Shown: positions 8,493 to 19,459 of the stretch, piece after piece | Layout of the letters: every line of letters starts with the position of its first letter | Position numbering within the stretch: the first letter of the stretch is position 1 | Notes under the pieces: generated by a model | Told to the model about the DNA's origin: nothing | Seen by the model: only the letters and a program-made list of their open reading frames with translations | The model's database searches: none | Source: a virus | Virus record (IMG/VR): IMGVR_UViG_3300031787_000064 | Coordinates: 15,662-79,661 of that record | Direction: 5' to 3' (one strand) | Length of the DNA: 64,000 bases | Program-made: the position numbers and the translations under genes

Positions 8493-11400
8493 TTATTCAA
8501 TCTCATGGTAAATTATTTGAGGCTCTAGCTTTTCAAATTCCTCTTTCTGCTTCTCTTGGTTTATGTAGAACTCGGCTTCACTTTTGCTGTGGACTATAAG
8601 CCTGTCATAAGGTCTGCCTGACTTTGTGAAAGCTATCCAACCGTTTCCTTTATTTAATTCAGGTATCCATAGACTATAACTAGGATACTTCTCTTCTAGT
8701 ATTCTGTATTGTGTCATGTCTTTATTGTTTTCAAGCCACTCCATATAGCTGGCTCCTTTTGTTTCATAGATCTGTTCTATGGTCATAGCTTTTTTATCTC
8801 CTCTTTTACTTCATTCCAATACTCTCTAAACTTATCTCTAGCTGATAGTCCTATTTCTTCTCTTGATCCTCCCCAAATAAAGCCTGCATTATTTAGCATT
8901 TCATTTGCTACTATTAACGCACCTTCCTTTGCTCTCCATTCTGGATCAGGTGTATCGGCTACCAATTCATAGATGCGGCTGTTTAACTCCTGTGCTTTGT
9001 CTTTAGGTGTCATTTGTTTTCAAATTCAGATTTGTAATAACCTTTTCCATCACTATAGTCTGCAAGTATATTTCCGTTCCTTCCTAAGAAGTTGCCATCA
9101 TTCCAAGCTTCTTGGATCTGCTCCTTCTCCATTTGTTTGGCTTGTTGAAATAAGCCTTCAAATTGCATTTGTTGCTTATGAGTTAGTTTTAATTGAACAA
9201 ACTCGTACAAAAAGTTTACTGCTGTTTGTTGTGCCATATTATTCACATTTACATTCGTTATTTAATATTGGGTTGTGCTTACATAATTTAACATTATCCC
9301 CTATTGGCATCATATTGGTAAATGTCGAATTACAAAATGCACAAGTGTAATAACCCCTACGGTGTTCAATCCATTTATGACTATTCCAAACCCAGTCGTT
9401 CCAATACATTTTTTCTGCATCTGTTTCAGATATTTTGAAAACTTCTTCTTTAATTGGTATAAACATATTATTTGTTTTTGTATGTTTGGTTGTAGTATTG
9501 TTTATTTAATGTACGTGAGGTTCTTTTGCCTTACACCCTTCCTTTCCACATCCTTGTTCGTAGAATTCTACTATTGCCTTTAGTTTATTATTTTCGATTA
9601 TCTGCTCCTTCTCCATTTGTTTGGCTTTTTCTTTCCATTCACTAGGTGCTGCATATCCTGCAAAAAGAAATCTTTCATACAACCAATCTACTGCTGTTTG
9701 TTGTGCCATATTATTTGTTTTTAGCTATTTCAATCATTTTTGCTAATACTATTTCATCAACATGATCGGCTAGATCTTTAGCTACATCTGCTATTGGTTT
9801 TATTTGAGACACTTCTTTAGCCATTTCTTCAGCTAGTTTTACTCTTTTAGCTACCTCTTGTTTATCTGGTGTCATATTATTTACTTTATACTTCGTAGAC
9901 CGTATGTGGATAGTATTCAACACAGTATACCTCGATAACATCTAGCTCTGTAGTTTTCTCATTATGAATAATGCTTGTATAACTATAGGTATAATGTCCT
10001 TCATAGTCATCAGGATACTTAGTTTCATAAGGAACGAATCCAAGACATTGAGCATCTGTTCCATCTACAGCATAATATTCATCTAAGCCTTTACGTAGAT
10101 CATCAAATGTACTTGCTGACATAATAGGTTTCCCATATTCATTTAATGCTATGTATGTTACTTTAACTCTTGTTCCCATATTATTTTAAATTTTCTGGTA
10201 TCTCCGGTCTTATAAGAAGTTCCCACCATTCTGCACCATCATAGTCACCTCTTTCAGCCCATGTACCATCTTCAAACCATACCGTTCCAAATATTTCTTG
10301 CAGTCCGAACCCTCTATCGTATTCGAAGTCTAGGTATTTTAAGAACTCTTTAAAATCTTCTGGGGTGTAATTACACTTAAGATCGGCTTTAGTTCTTCTC
10401 TGTACACTAGCGGGACTTAACAGACCTTCAGTCCAATACTCATGAACGATTGTAGCACATGACACCGTCTTGTCTTTACACATGTCAAGAAACTCTTCTT
10501 TAGCGTTAATCATATTACTTAGTATATAAGTTAATGAATACTCCCCACTTCCACCAAGCAATCTCTAGGTCTATTTGATCCTGGTAGTTATGAACTGCTA
10601 TTACTGGTAGTACATAACGTTTCCACTTCTCTGTAAATTTGTAACATTGCATAAGGTAAATTTAAGACAATTATTTATTTCTTCTTATGTTTTGGTAGAT
10701 AGTGTTTCACTTTCTTTTTTAGCTTCTCTATTTGAATCTGTTTGTACCAGTTACCAAGCCAACTAGAAGGTTGGTGGTTTTCCCAATAGTGAAGTTGATC
10801 AAAGACTTCTCTATTTGCTTCATTCAAATAATCAATGTCATCATAAGAGTGATCTCCTCTCACGGCTTCTTCCCACTCATCTAGAGTGATCTTAGGTGTT
10901 TCTTCATACTTCTTTCGAAGTTGCTTCTTAATTTTTTTGGTTGGCATATATTTGTTTAAATGTTTCGAAGTCTTCCCACCCATCTTCTACTTCAACCAAT
11001 ATCTTGCCATCTTCTGACTTTGCAATACCGCCTATTCCGAAACCTTCACATATGTAACCGTACACGCACCAACCTTTCTCTAAGTCTTCTGCTATATCTA
11101 TGATTGAAAAATCTGGTTTTATTCCGTGGTGATCGTAGATCTCACACCATTCTTTTGAAAACTCTGCCATATTTACTGTTTTTTATTGGTAGTAACCAAT
11201 TGTGATAAAAGAATGTTTTAGGTTTAAAGTGATCGTCTACGCTCTTTACAAACTTGTTTACATACAACATCAGATTCATCATCTCTTTCTCTTTAACTCT
11301 CTTACCATGCTTACGATAGAAGGCATTGATCTCATCTAATACTTTACTGATACCATGTTGTTTGATATGACCATAAGTTATATAGTAACTAGGTACGTCA

Positions 11401-12347
11401 TAGATCTGGAATGTTTGCTTGTTTTTAAGTAAGTTTGTAGGTAGTTTAAATTTCATCTCAGCCTTGTACTTGTTCCAGAAGCAATACCAAACTGAGCCGT
11501 TACCCCATCTGCTGTATATCATTGTCTGTTTATTTTTTTATATCCTTTATAGTGATAAACTCCATCTTTGAATACAGCAAGGTGCATAACTGTAGACTCA
11601 TTAAAGCTAGCATGTGATATTCTCAACAACTGCTTTTGAATCTGGTAACCATCCCAACCACGCTGATCTTCAGTAACCTTACATTCGTGTATCTCACCTG
11701 TCTCTGTATCTATTAGGTCATGGTATAGGTGATTCTTATTCTCGTTTAGTCTTTCTATTGCCTTTATAAACTTAGGATTCTCTTGCATTAAATAATGTTC
11801 AAGAGGAAGTCCTATATATGTTCTCTTATATATGTCTTCATCTGTTCTATTCTTACGCCTTGTTTTACTATTCTTAAGACGTTGGTAAGTGTCTTCGATA
11901 TCCTTACGAAGCTTAACCTTATCTTTTATGTCTTCTAAAGTAAACTGTGTTTTCACTTTACAGGATTATACATTTTGAATTTTGCTAACTGATTTACTTG
12001 CTTTATAAGTTCGTTAACTTTTAATTTCCACTCTTGGTATTCCTGCCTCTTTCTTTTATCAGGCTTCTCTTCTAATAACTGTTCAATCTCATCAGTTAAT
12101 TCAACTACGGCTGGCATAATTAAAAACGTTTTGCTATGTTAATAATTGTTTGTTCGTCTTCTTTACTTATTGACATATAGTTTCCTTTCAGTTTATTTAG
12201 AGCATCATCATACTCTTGTTCTGATATAGACTTTATGTCTAGATCTTCTTGAGGTATAAAACCATTATCTCTTAACCAATCAATTGCATAATGAACTACA
12301 CCTTGCTCATTCATTTTCTCCATTGTCTCTGATACAGTTGTTCTCAT
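8493..12347 (-). other. Array of about 14 small hypothetical CDSs, including two MAQQTAV-family paralogs (9010-9246, 9506-9709)
   Basis: ORF track; abutting or overlapping starts and stops. Confidence 0.6.
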
Positions 12348-12430
12348 ATTATTCTTTTTCAGTGTTTTTATGTATTTTATATAAAAGTATAATAATAACG
12401 ACTAATAAAAAATTTTGCATATCATTTATT

Positions 12431-13186
12431 TTATTTTGTATTTCCAACTCTTAATTTACCATCTTCAATAACAAGATATTCACCTGAGGTTCCCATGGTA
12501 TCAACAAAGTAGTATCTACCTCCTGCTGCTTTCTCAGAACCTTTAAGATCAAGCTTCTTCATTTCAGTATGTCCAACTACTTGAATCACACGTCTATTAA
12601 GTATGTTCTTATTTGCTTTCATTAAAGATCTAGGTCTAATCCAAACAGGAGTCTGGTATGTATTGTCACCGTAAGGATCCATACCATTAAAGTCAAATAG
12701 TCTTGGCTTGTATTTGAATAGTTCATTTAGTTGATCAACCATTGTTTCTACTTGCCAACCACCAACAGTGAACACTTGATCTAGGAACTCACTACTAATA
12801 CCTGCATGACTGAACACAAAGTCATCGAACTGATAAGCCATTTGTAAATGCTTTCTATTCTCGTCTATGACTTGCGTAATTGATGGAGCAATTCTAGGTT
12901 GATATCCTGACGTGCCAGTATTACCAACTTCTGGTAAATAGTGCAAATCGTGGTTACCAAATAATAGTATCACTTCAGTCTTGCGTTCACTAAGAGTTCC
13001 TACATTACTAAATGAAGTCTCTTTGTATTCTATAATGTCTTTGAAATTTTGGATCTGTTCTACTCCTGATATATCGAATGAATCGAAGTAGTCTCCCATG
13101 AATATAACCCTTTCTGGGCTTTCTTGATCAACTGCTATTTTCCAGTTAGATCTTCCATGCGTATCTCCAAGCACCAGGGTTTTCAT
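12431..13186 (-). CDS. Calcineurin-like metallophosphoesterase
   Basis: GDTHG, GDYFD, GNHD, SHAG, VGHT motifs. Confidence 0.9.
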   Translation of the reverse strand: MKTLVLGDTHGRSNWKIAVDQESPERVIFMGDYFDSFDISGVEQIQNFKDIIEYKETSFSNVGTLSERKTEVILLFGNHDLHYLPEVGNTGTSGYQPRIAPSITQVIDENRKHLQMAYQFDDFVFSHAGISSEFLDQVFTVGGWQVETMVDQLNELFKYKPRLFDFNGMDPYGDNTYQTPVWIRPRSLMKANKNILNRRVIQVVGHTEMKKLDLKGSEKAAGGRYYFVDTMGTSGEYLVIEDGKLRVGNTK

Positions 13187-13231
13187 AACCTATTTTGTTA
13201 AATATACAATATTAATTGATCGTGATAAAAT

Positions 13232-13573
13232 TTATTTCCAAAGTATCTGAATAAGGATAATAACTAAACTTAAGAGTAAGCACACTCCAGTCTTTGCTGA
13301 TATACCTTCTCTAAATAATACCCAACCCATAATTCCAAAGACAACGATGCCTACAGCGAATCCTAGAATACGGCTTGGATAGATCTCTCCATCGAATGCC
13401 AATATAAAATTCTGTACACTCTTCATGAAAGACCAGCTGATTGGTAGACCTAGGAACATAAGTCCCCAGCCCCACTTCTCAGTCCAACCCCACTTGATGC
13501 CTGCTTGTAATTGAATAAATGATAAGACCTGGCCAATGACGCCATATAAGACTCCCAAAACAAAATGTTGCAT
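13232..13573 (-). CDS. Small 4-TM membrane protein, DMT/SMR-like
   Basis: Four hydrophobic helices; LFREGIS.K..VCLLL C-terminal pattern. Confidence 0.55.
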   Translation of the reverse strand: MQHFVLGVLYGVIGQVLSFIQLQAGIKWGWTEKWGWGLMFLGLPISWSFMKSVQNFILAFDGEIYPSRILGFAVGIVVFGIMGWVLFREGISAKTGVCLLLSLVIILIQILWK

Positions 13574-13596
13574 AACCTAATTTTAGTTGCGTGTTA

Positions 13597-13869
13597 TTAC
13601 TCTTCTGGATTCAGTGTTAATCCTGAACTCATATTGCCACCCTCCTCTTCAAGAGGTTCGTGGATCAATTCGTAGATCTCTTGCTTGATCTCTTTGATAG
13701 CTTCAACATACTGCTTCAACTTTTCTTTCTTGTCTGGAGACAGGCTAGCAATTCTTTCTTTCATGCTCATCTCACCTTTAACAGGTACAGTCTCCTCAGT
13801 CTGAGGCATTTCGTCTTCCATCAAAGATAGGATCGTGTTACGATACTTAACTGGATCTACGTAATTCAT
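13597..13869 (-). CDS. Acidic hypothetical late protein
   Basis: ATATTTATT motif at 13883-13891 upstream. Confidence 0.55.
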   Translation of the reverse strand: MNYVDPVKYRNTILSLMEDEMPQTEETVPVKGEMSMKERIASLSPDKKEKLKQYVEAIKEIKQEIYELIHEPLEEEGGNMSSGLTLNPEE

Positions 13870-13880
13870 ATAAGTTCTTT

Positions 13881-14087
13881 CTAATAAATATTGGACAATT
13901 CAACAAGCTGTTTAGCAACCTCAGGATCCTTGATCACATGGACCTCAAAGTCATTCTTAGATCCAGCTGCTACGATCCCGGTATACTTGGATGCAGTTGA
14001 ATGATCTACACAAGTTGTACTATAACCCATCTTAACACGAAGTGGGTGGATCTGCTTCTGACATACTTTACAAAATTTCAATTCCAT
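13881..14087 (-). CDS. TraR/DksA-like zinc-finger protein
   Basis: CKVCQKQIHPLR...TTCVDH resembles C..CG..I...R......C..C. Confidence 0.55.
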   Translation of the reverse strand: MELKFCKVCQKQIHPLRVKMGYSTTCVDHSTASKYTGIVAAGSKNDFEVHVIKDPEVAKQLVELSNIY

Positions 14088-14092
14088 GTTTG

Positions 14093-16006
14093 TTATTTTT
14101 TAAATGTTTCGTTATAATATAGTTTACCGTTACTGCACTCTGATATGTCCTTTGATTTGTCTGGATCAGACTGTCCATCTTTATAACCATCGTTATAGGT
14201 TTGGATTAGTTGATTCTCCTCCATTTGTTTGGCTTGTTCAAGTATATCAGTAGATACATAACCAATCTTTGTTGTCATTTTAGCAAACCATTCTAATGCT
14301 GTTTGTTTTTCCATTTTACTACCAAATTTTTTAATAAAGTTTTCGTCTGTCTTTAGTTTCTTATTGAACTCATTTTGAGTATATGTGTCATAGTAGTACT
14401 GCACATGATCTTCTGTTTGTTTAAGCCATGTATGAATAAAGTCCCAGTCCCACTGAGTATCTCTTGTGAATTGAATGTAGTCTAGGTACTCTTTTGTGAA
14501 TCTTGGTTTTGCCATAAGTTTAAGATAGTTCTAAAAGATCAACAATAGGGCAAGATACAAAACCAGTACTAACCTCTCTTTTCACAGGTCCTACGATATT
14601 GTTATCCATCAAGAATCCAAGAACTCCTTCGTTCTCTGAATAGTTCTTGATAATAACTTCTCTATTAGTGAGATCAACATCTGGAATGTTTACCGTTGCA
14701 GTTAACACAGGTTCACCTGTCTCTGCATCAGATAATTCAATTGCTGTTCTACCATTAGAGTATTTCAAAAACTCTATTTGTACGTCATAAGCTCCGTACT
14801 CACCTACAAACTTGTAAACTCTACTTTTTGTCATAACTATTTAATTTAATTTTTTACCAACTTGATTGATAGTAATAATCTGCCTCTTCGTCCCAATCTT
14901 GAAGGATACTCTCTAATGCTTGAATAGTATTATCGATTTGACGAAAATAGTATTCATCGTACTCTTCACTACCAAAGAAACATCCATTAGAAACAGGAAG
15001 GAAACAAGGCGCGTCGATCGGCTCTTCTTTTACCTGATAACATAAGTCTAGTAACTCTGTAAGATTTTCTTTAGTTACATAATATTGACTACAATTATCT
15101 TTACCATCTTGAACGTTGTCAACAAACCAACCATGAATTTGATTGGCCTTTCTCCAATACGCAGCTTGCTCTTCAATGTAGGTAATTTTGTTTAGGTCAA
15201 TACTAGTACAAGGTTGACCTCCTCTAGTTATTACTACATCGTACTGTTTTTCAGCAGGCGTATAATCCCATTTTCTTACATACGTTCTCTTACTCAAATA
15301 CATGTCTAATCCCATAACTTTTATTTTTTAGTGTTTAACATATTCTCTTTTGCCATATTCATTAACCTAGTTTCACGTGTACCATACATCCAATGAAACA
15401 ATAGATCGTTAACTAACTCAGCATAAAACTTTGGATCGTTCTTAATGTCTTCAAGAGTAGGCTCGAATGCATCTTCTACTTGTTGACTACGATCAACGTA
15501 ATTAAAGTCTAGATAAGGATTGTACCTTTTGTTTGGTGCAAATACAGAAGTTGTTGTCATAACTTTTATTCTTTTACTAGTTTGATAATCTTGTTCCCTA
15601 CATATTTAGGCGTATTCATTTCATTGAACTTGGTCTTGGCATATACCATGATACCGGCGTCTTCTTTGATCTTTGACCAATCGACCCCTCTTTCCTTTAG
15701 ATAAATGTCTAGTGCACGAAACGCTGAATCGATATCGTTGTGTGCCTCTTCAAACATAAAGACCTGAGAATAGTCATACTCCTCTATTAGCTTAGCTCCA
15801 TTTTCAACACATAAATTTCCAAAGCAATCAGTATAGACACTACAACCATCTTCTATATTGACTAATGCTAGAGTCAATTCTGAAGGATCAAATGAAGTAT
15901 TACTAAAATTGTCTTTTAGTTCATCGAACTTAACTAGTGCTCTACCAACACTTGTAAAATAATCTTGTGTGAAATAATCTGGGGTGTTGAAATAAACTAG
16001 ATACAT
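14093..16006 (-). other. Five hypothetical CDSs (14093-14515 with a C-terminal KQTA..W module, 14520-14834, 14854-15315 of MGLDMYL type, 15321-15560, 15566-16006)
   Basis: ORF track; several preceded by an A-rich AAGTT-ATG start context. Confidence 0.6.
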
Positions 16007-16027
16007 AACTTTTATTTTTTTGTTTAG

Positions 16028-16099
16028 AAGTCAGAGCAGGATTCGAACCTACATCTCTCACCTACTATAGTGAGGCGTTACCATTTACGCTACCTGACT
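16028..16099 (-). ncRNA. tRNA-like element with a non-canonical anticodon arm
   Basis: Acceptor AGTCAGG/TCTGACT, D-arm GCGT-AAATGGTA-ACGC, T-arm GTAGG-TTCGAAT-CCTGC; anticodon stem CTCAC/GTGAG closes 8-nt TATAGTAG. Confidence 0.75.
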
Positions 16100-16115
16100 T
16101 AAGATAACCAAAATA

Positions 16116-17087
16116 TTAGCTCAACTTAGGAAGCCTAATACTAGTAGATCTTTTGCTAGCAAGCTCTTTCTCTTTAGCAATGCTTTCTAAGATCTCATCG
16201 AATCTTTTTACAGCATAATCGCTTTTCTCTTGAGCATCTTTATTTTGCCAAGAAACAACTTTATCAATAAAGTCCTCGAACTGTTTGGTAGTCACTTGGC
16301 AGGTTGTAGTTATGCCAGTATGATTGTCTATAGTAAGATCATATTTGTAACCAACTTTCTTGTTAACCGTGAACTCACGAACAAACACGTAGTCATATTT
16401 AGATCGACCAGTTTGAAGCTTGATCTCACCAGGATTATCTTGAAGCTCACGCTCATTAGAGGAATAATCTTCTGAACGAACCCATTCAATTGACTTATAA
16501 CTCTTGAGCTTAAGTGAAAAACCAGGCTTCATGAAAGAAGTCTTTTGATCGTTTTCAATATCTGACTCAAGTTCACGGATACTACGATGAAGTGCATCGA
16601 TAGGTGATTGTAATTGTCTTAACGCAATACTAATCTCTTTACAACGCTTTGACCAATTATTCAAGAATAGATCTTTGATAGTCTCATGATTCTCACATAT
16701 ACGACCAATCGTGATGCCATACTCGATATCACTAGGATCAGAATGTGTGTTACCACTAGACCAATTGAATTGAAATTCAGGAGCCTCTTTCTCACGCCAC
16801 GTGTTTCTAATACTGAATTCTAGGCGATTTGCCCAACGATCTTTTTGAGTATGCATAGTAAGACTCTCACTACTAATGTCCGCCTTCAAAATGCTAAGAC
16901 GAATGTTTTGATTGAACCACTCTAAGATCTCATCGTTAAGACTCTGTAAATTCACATTGAATACATTCGTAGTGTATTCACTAACCTCGTTTTGTTTAAC
17001 GAGCAATTGCGCTTGAAGCGCTTCCAACATAACTTGTTTGTTGTTCATAACTATTATTGTTTTTTGGTTATCAATATACTGTGCCAT
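16116..17087 (-). CDS. Hypothetical early protein (coiled-coil segments)
   Basis: First ORF downstream of promoter cassette 2. Confidence 0.65.
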   Translation of the reverse strand: MAQYIDNQKTIIVMNNKQVMLEALQAQLLVKQNEVSEYTTNVFNVNLQSLNDEILEWFNQNIRLSILKADISSESLTMHTQKDRWANRLEFSIRNTWREKEAPEFQFNWSSGNTHSDPSDIEYGITIGRICENHETIKDLFLNNWSKRCKEISIALRQLQSPIDALHRSIRELESDIENDQKTSFMKPGFSLKLKSYKSIEWVRSEDYSSNERELQDNPGEIKLQTGRSKYDYVFVREFTVNKKVGYKYDLTIDNHTGITTTCQVTTKQFEDFIDKVVSWQNKDAQEKSDYAVKRFDEILESIAKEKELASKRSTSIRLPKLS

Positions 17088-17117
17088 TTGGACTAGCCTA
17101 AAATGGGCTTAGAATCT

Positions 17118-17252
17118 ATGTAAATATACAACAATCCAGTGAGATAAAAAAATATCTAGTGAACTATTTTAAAAATTGTCGATTGATTATCAATCAGTTG
17201 TGCAAGTTGTTGAAAGTGAATAAGTTATAAGTGGTTGATTACCAATAGGTTA
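17118..17252 (-). promoter_or_regulatory. Promoter cassette 2 with tandem IHF-consensus sites
   Basis: Same architecture as cassette 1; sites at 17188, 17215, 17240. Confidence 0.75.
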
Positions 17253-17260
17253 ACCCTAAC

Positions 17261-18104
17261 TTATTGATTATCAATCCCATACTTCTGGATAAGCTTGTCT
17301 ATTATCTCTTTATCCATCTTATTGAACGTCTTTTGATCTTGTATTTTTCTGACGTAGTCAATATGTTTATTGATAGTGATTAATCTTAAAGCATATTGTT
17401 CGTGGTGGTGTGTATTTGTAGAACAGAACTTATACTCTTTAGTCAGTGTTTCTTTAAGTAACTTAACTCTGTTAATGTAAGGATCTGGTTCTGTCTTCTT
17501 AGGTCTATTCTCGAATAGCTCTTTAGCTTCCATAGCTTTGACAAGTTTATCACCCATCTTCGATATGGAGAAGCTATTGAATTTCATCAGTCCTTAGATC
17601 CCTTAACTATATATTTGAGAATAGTTTTCTGTAGCTCAGATAAGGCTTGTGTATTCTCTCTAATCAGTTCAGAGAGTCTGTCTCTCTCTTCTACAAGTAG
17701 TGCCATCATCTCTTCTTGTAGCTTATCTACTTTAGCTTCTAGCTCGTCGTTCTTTTTAACCAGTCTTTGATGCTGCATCCACGCAAAATATCCAAGGATA
17801 AATGCAACTAGACCTAGTACTCCGTATTGTAACAAATAATCTTTTGTGCTGTGAGTCGTGACGATTTGAAGTAAATACATTGTTAATGTTAATTTAATGG
17901 ACTAATCTTTTTGTACAACATATATTCCCAATACTTGGCATATTCATACAAGTCTTCACGCTTCTCATCTATGATGCCCTTTTCAATCATATCAATCATG
18001 ATCTCTACCCACATATACCTAGGGTTAACATGGTAATAAGGATGGATCTCATTTGGTATACCTGACCCGTCTGCAATGTCGTCTAGCACGTCATAATATA
18101 ACAT
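17261..18104 (-). other. Three CDSs (17261-17587; 17587-17880 with TM plus coiled coil, holin-like; 17889-18104)
   Basis: ORF track; ATATTTATT motif at 18108-18116. Confidence 0.55.
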
Positions 18105-18133
18105 AACAATAAATATTAGTTTTACTTTAAGGA

Positions 18134-18511
18134 TTATTTACCGAATAGTTCTTTAATACATTTTTTGGCATCACGTTTGGCAATCTTGTATGCTTCTATC
18201 TCCATAGGGTGTTTACTATCTGGAAGATACATACTTAAGATCTGGTAATGCCTCATGTTTTGCCTGTAATGTGTATATTCATGGATAATACTACAGGCTA
18301 GTTCATGTAGATCATGGTGCATACTTTTATCTATAAAGATGGTGGATTCTATCTCATCATAGAATGCCATACACCCTTCAGTATAGTAGTCACCATTCTT
18401 GAACTCTATGTAAGGAAGGTCTCGGTTGTATTTAGACATACCATATTTTGCAACACACCAATCAAAGATCTTGTTGGCATGTCGCTTGGTAAGCTTTGGT
18501 TGTTTGTCCAT
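18134..18511 (-). CDS. HEXXH zincin-like metallopeptidase domain protein
   Basis: SIIHEYTHYRQ...HPMEIEAY. Confidence 0.7.
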   Translation of the reverse strand: MDKQPKLTKRHANKIFDWCVAKYGMSKYNRDLPYIEFKNGDYYTEGCMAFYDEIESTIFIDKSMHHDLHELACSIIHEYTHYRQNMRHYQILSMYLPDSKHPMEIEAYKIAKRDAKKCIKELFGK

Positions 18512-18513
18512 AA

Positions 18514-19107
18514 CTAGATTTGTTCTTCAATGAAGACCTGTTCGATCTTCTTGGGTAACTTATTATAGTTCATTCTAAAGTGGTTAGGCATCATTTTAAC
18601 TAACCTCTTGTTTGAATACGGGCTATTGTTAGAGGTACACCATTTCCTGGTGGCCAACATTCTATTATAAAAATGAATGTAACAATTGGCCTTCTTTATG
18701 TATTGATCAATGTCTATATCTAATCCGAACTTCTTTATGATCTTGACAGCTCTTTTCTCGTTGTCTAGTTCTAGGTCTCTAGACACGGCTAGATGCTTCT
18801 TAATGTCTCTAACTTCCTCACCCATCAACCAATCGTCTACTTTAGGGATCGATACATCTGCCTTCTTCCACAAGTCTATCTGATCTACCCATTGGGTCAA
18901 ATGAGCAAACTCATGTGCCAAGATCTCTATGGAGTCTGGTCTATTCATAGAGCATACCAGCTCCTTATTATATTCGTCAAAATACCCAGAACATTGTAAC
19001 TTGCCTGGGAGCCTGACGTATTTGGTGCGTCTGAGATCACACTTGATCCCATACTTCTTGCACTCTTGTTTAACGTACTTTACGAATTCTTTTGCTTTCT
19101 TATTCAT
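18514..19107 (-). CDS. HEXXH zincin-like metallopeptidase domain protein
   Basis: ILAHEFAHLTQW...LELDNEKRA. Confidence 0.7.
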   Translation of the reverse strand: MNKKAKEFVKYVKQECKKYGIKCDLRRTKYVRLPGKLQCSGYFDEYNKELVCSMNRPDSIEILAHEFAHLTQWVDQIDLWKKADVSIPKVDDWLMGEEVRDIKKHLAVSRDLELDNEKRAVKIIKKFGLDIDIDQYIKKANCYIHFYNRMLATRKWCTSNNSPYSNKRLVKMMPNHFRMNYNKLPKKIEQVFIEEQI

Positions 19108-19135
19108 AGAATGTCTTTTTAAAGGTCAAAGAATC

Positions 19136-19459
19136 CTATGATAAATATTCCGTTTGGATTTGTTCTATATGTTTACAGGTTCCAGCCCTGCCACTAAATT
19201 TGAAGGCGTGGCAATTGCATGACCAGTTTTTATGGTCCAGCTTTACAGTATAAGAACGGCCTCCATTTCCTTCAACGTCCCAATCCAACCTCAACTTAAA
19301 GGCCTCATTTGTGCCTCCTACGTGAGGCTTACGGAACCACATAAGGTCGGCTTCCGTAGTCCCACTAGGAACATCGATCCTCTTACCATCTACTTGGACA
19401 TAAGTACCTTTGTCGTCTTGAGTAGGAAAAGGATATTGAAAGCTGTGTATTATTATCAT
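19136..19459 (-). CDS. SWIM zinc-finger protein
   Basis: WSCNC.AF......CKHI (CxCxnCxH). Confidence 0.8.
   Translation of the reverse strand: MIIIHSFQYPFPTQDDKGTYVQVDGKRIDVPSGTTEADLMWFRKPHVGGTNEAFKLRLDWDVEGNGGRSYTVKLDHKNWSCNCHAFKFSGRAGTCKHIEQIQTEYLS

Noticed and set aside
9010-9714. Repeated segments as a diversity-generating retroelement TR/VR pair
   Set aside because: No reverse transcriptase in the window, and differences are block replacements rather than adenine-specific substitutions
16028-16099. Suppressor or Leu/Tyr tRNA assignment and stop-codon recoding
   Set aside because: The anticodon cannot be placed in a canonical 7-nt loop, and long conserved genes are intact under the standard code
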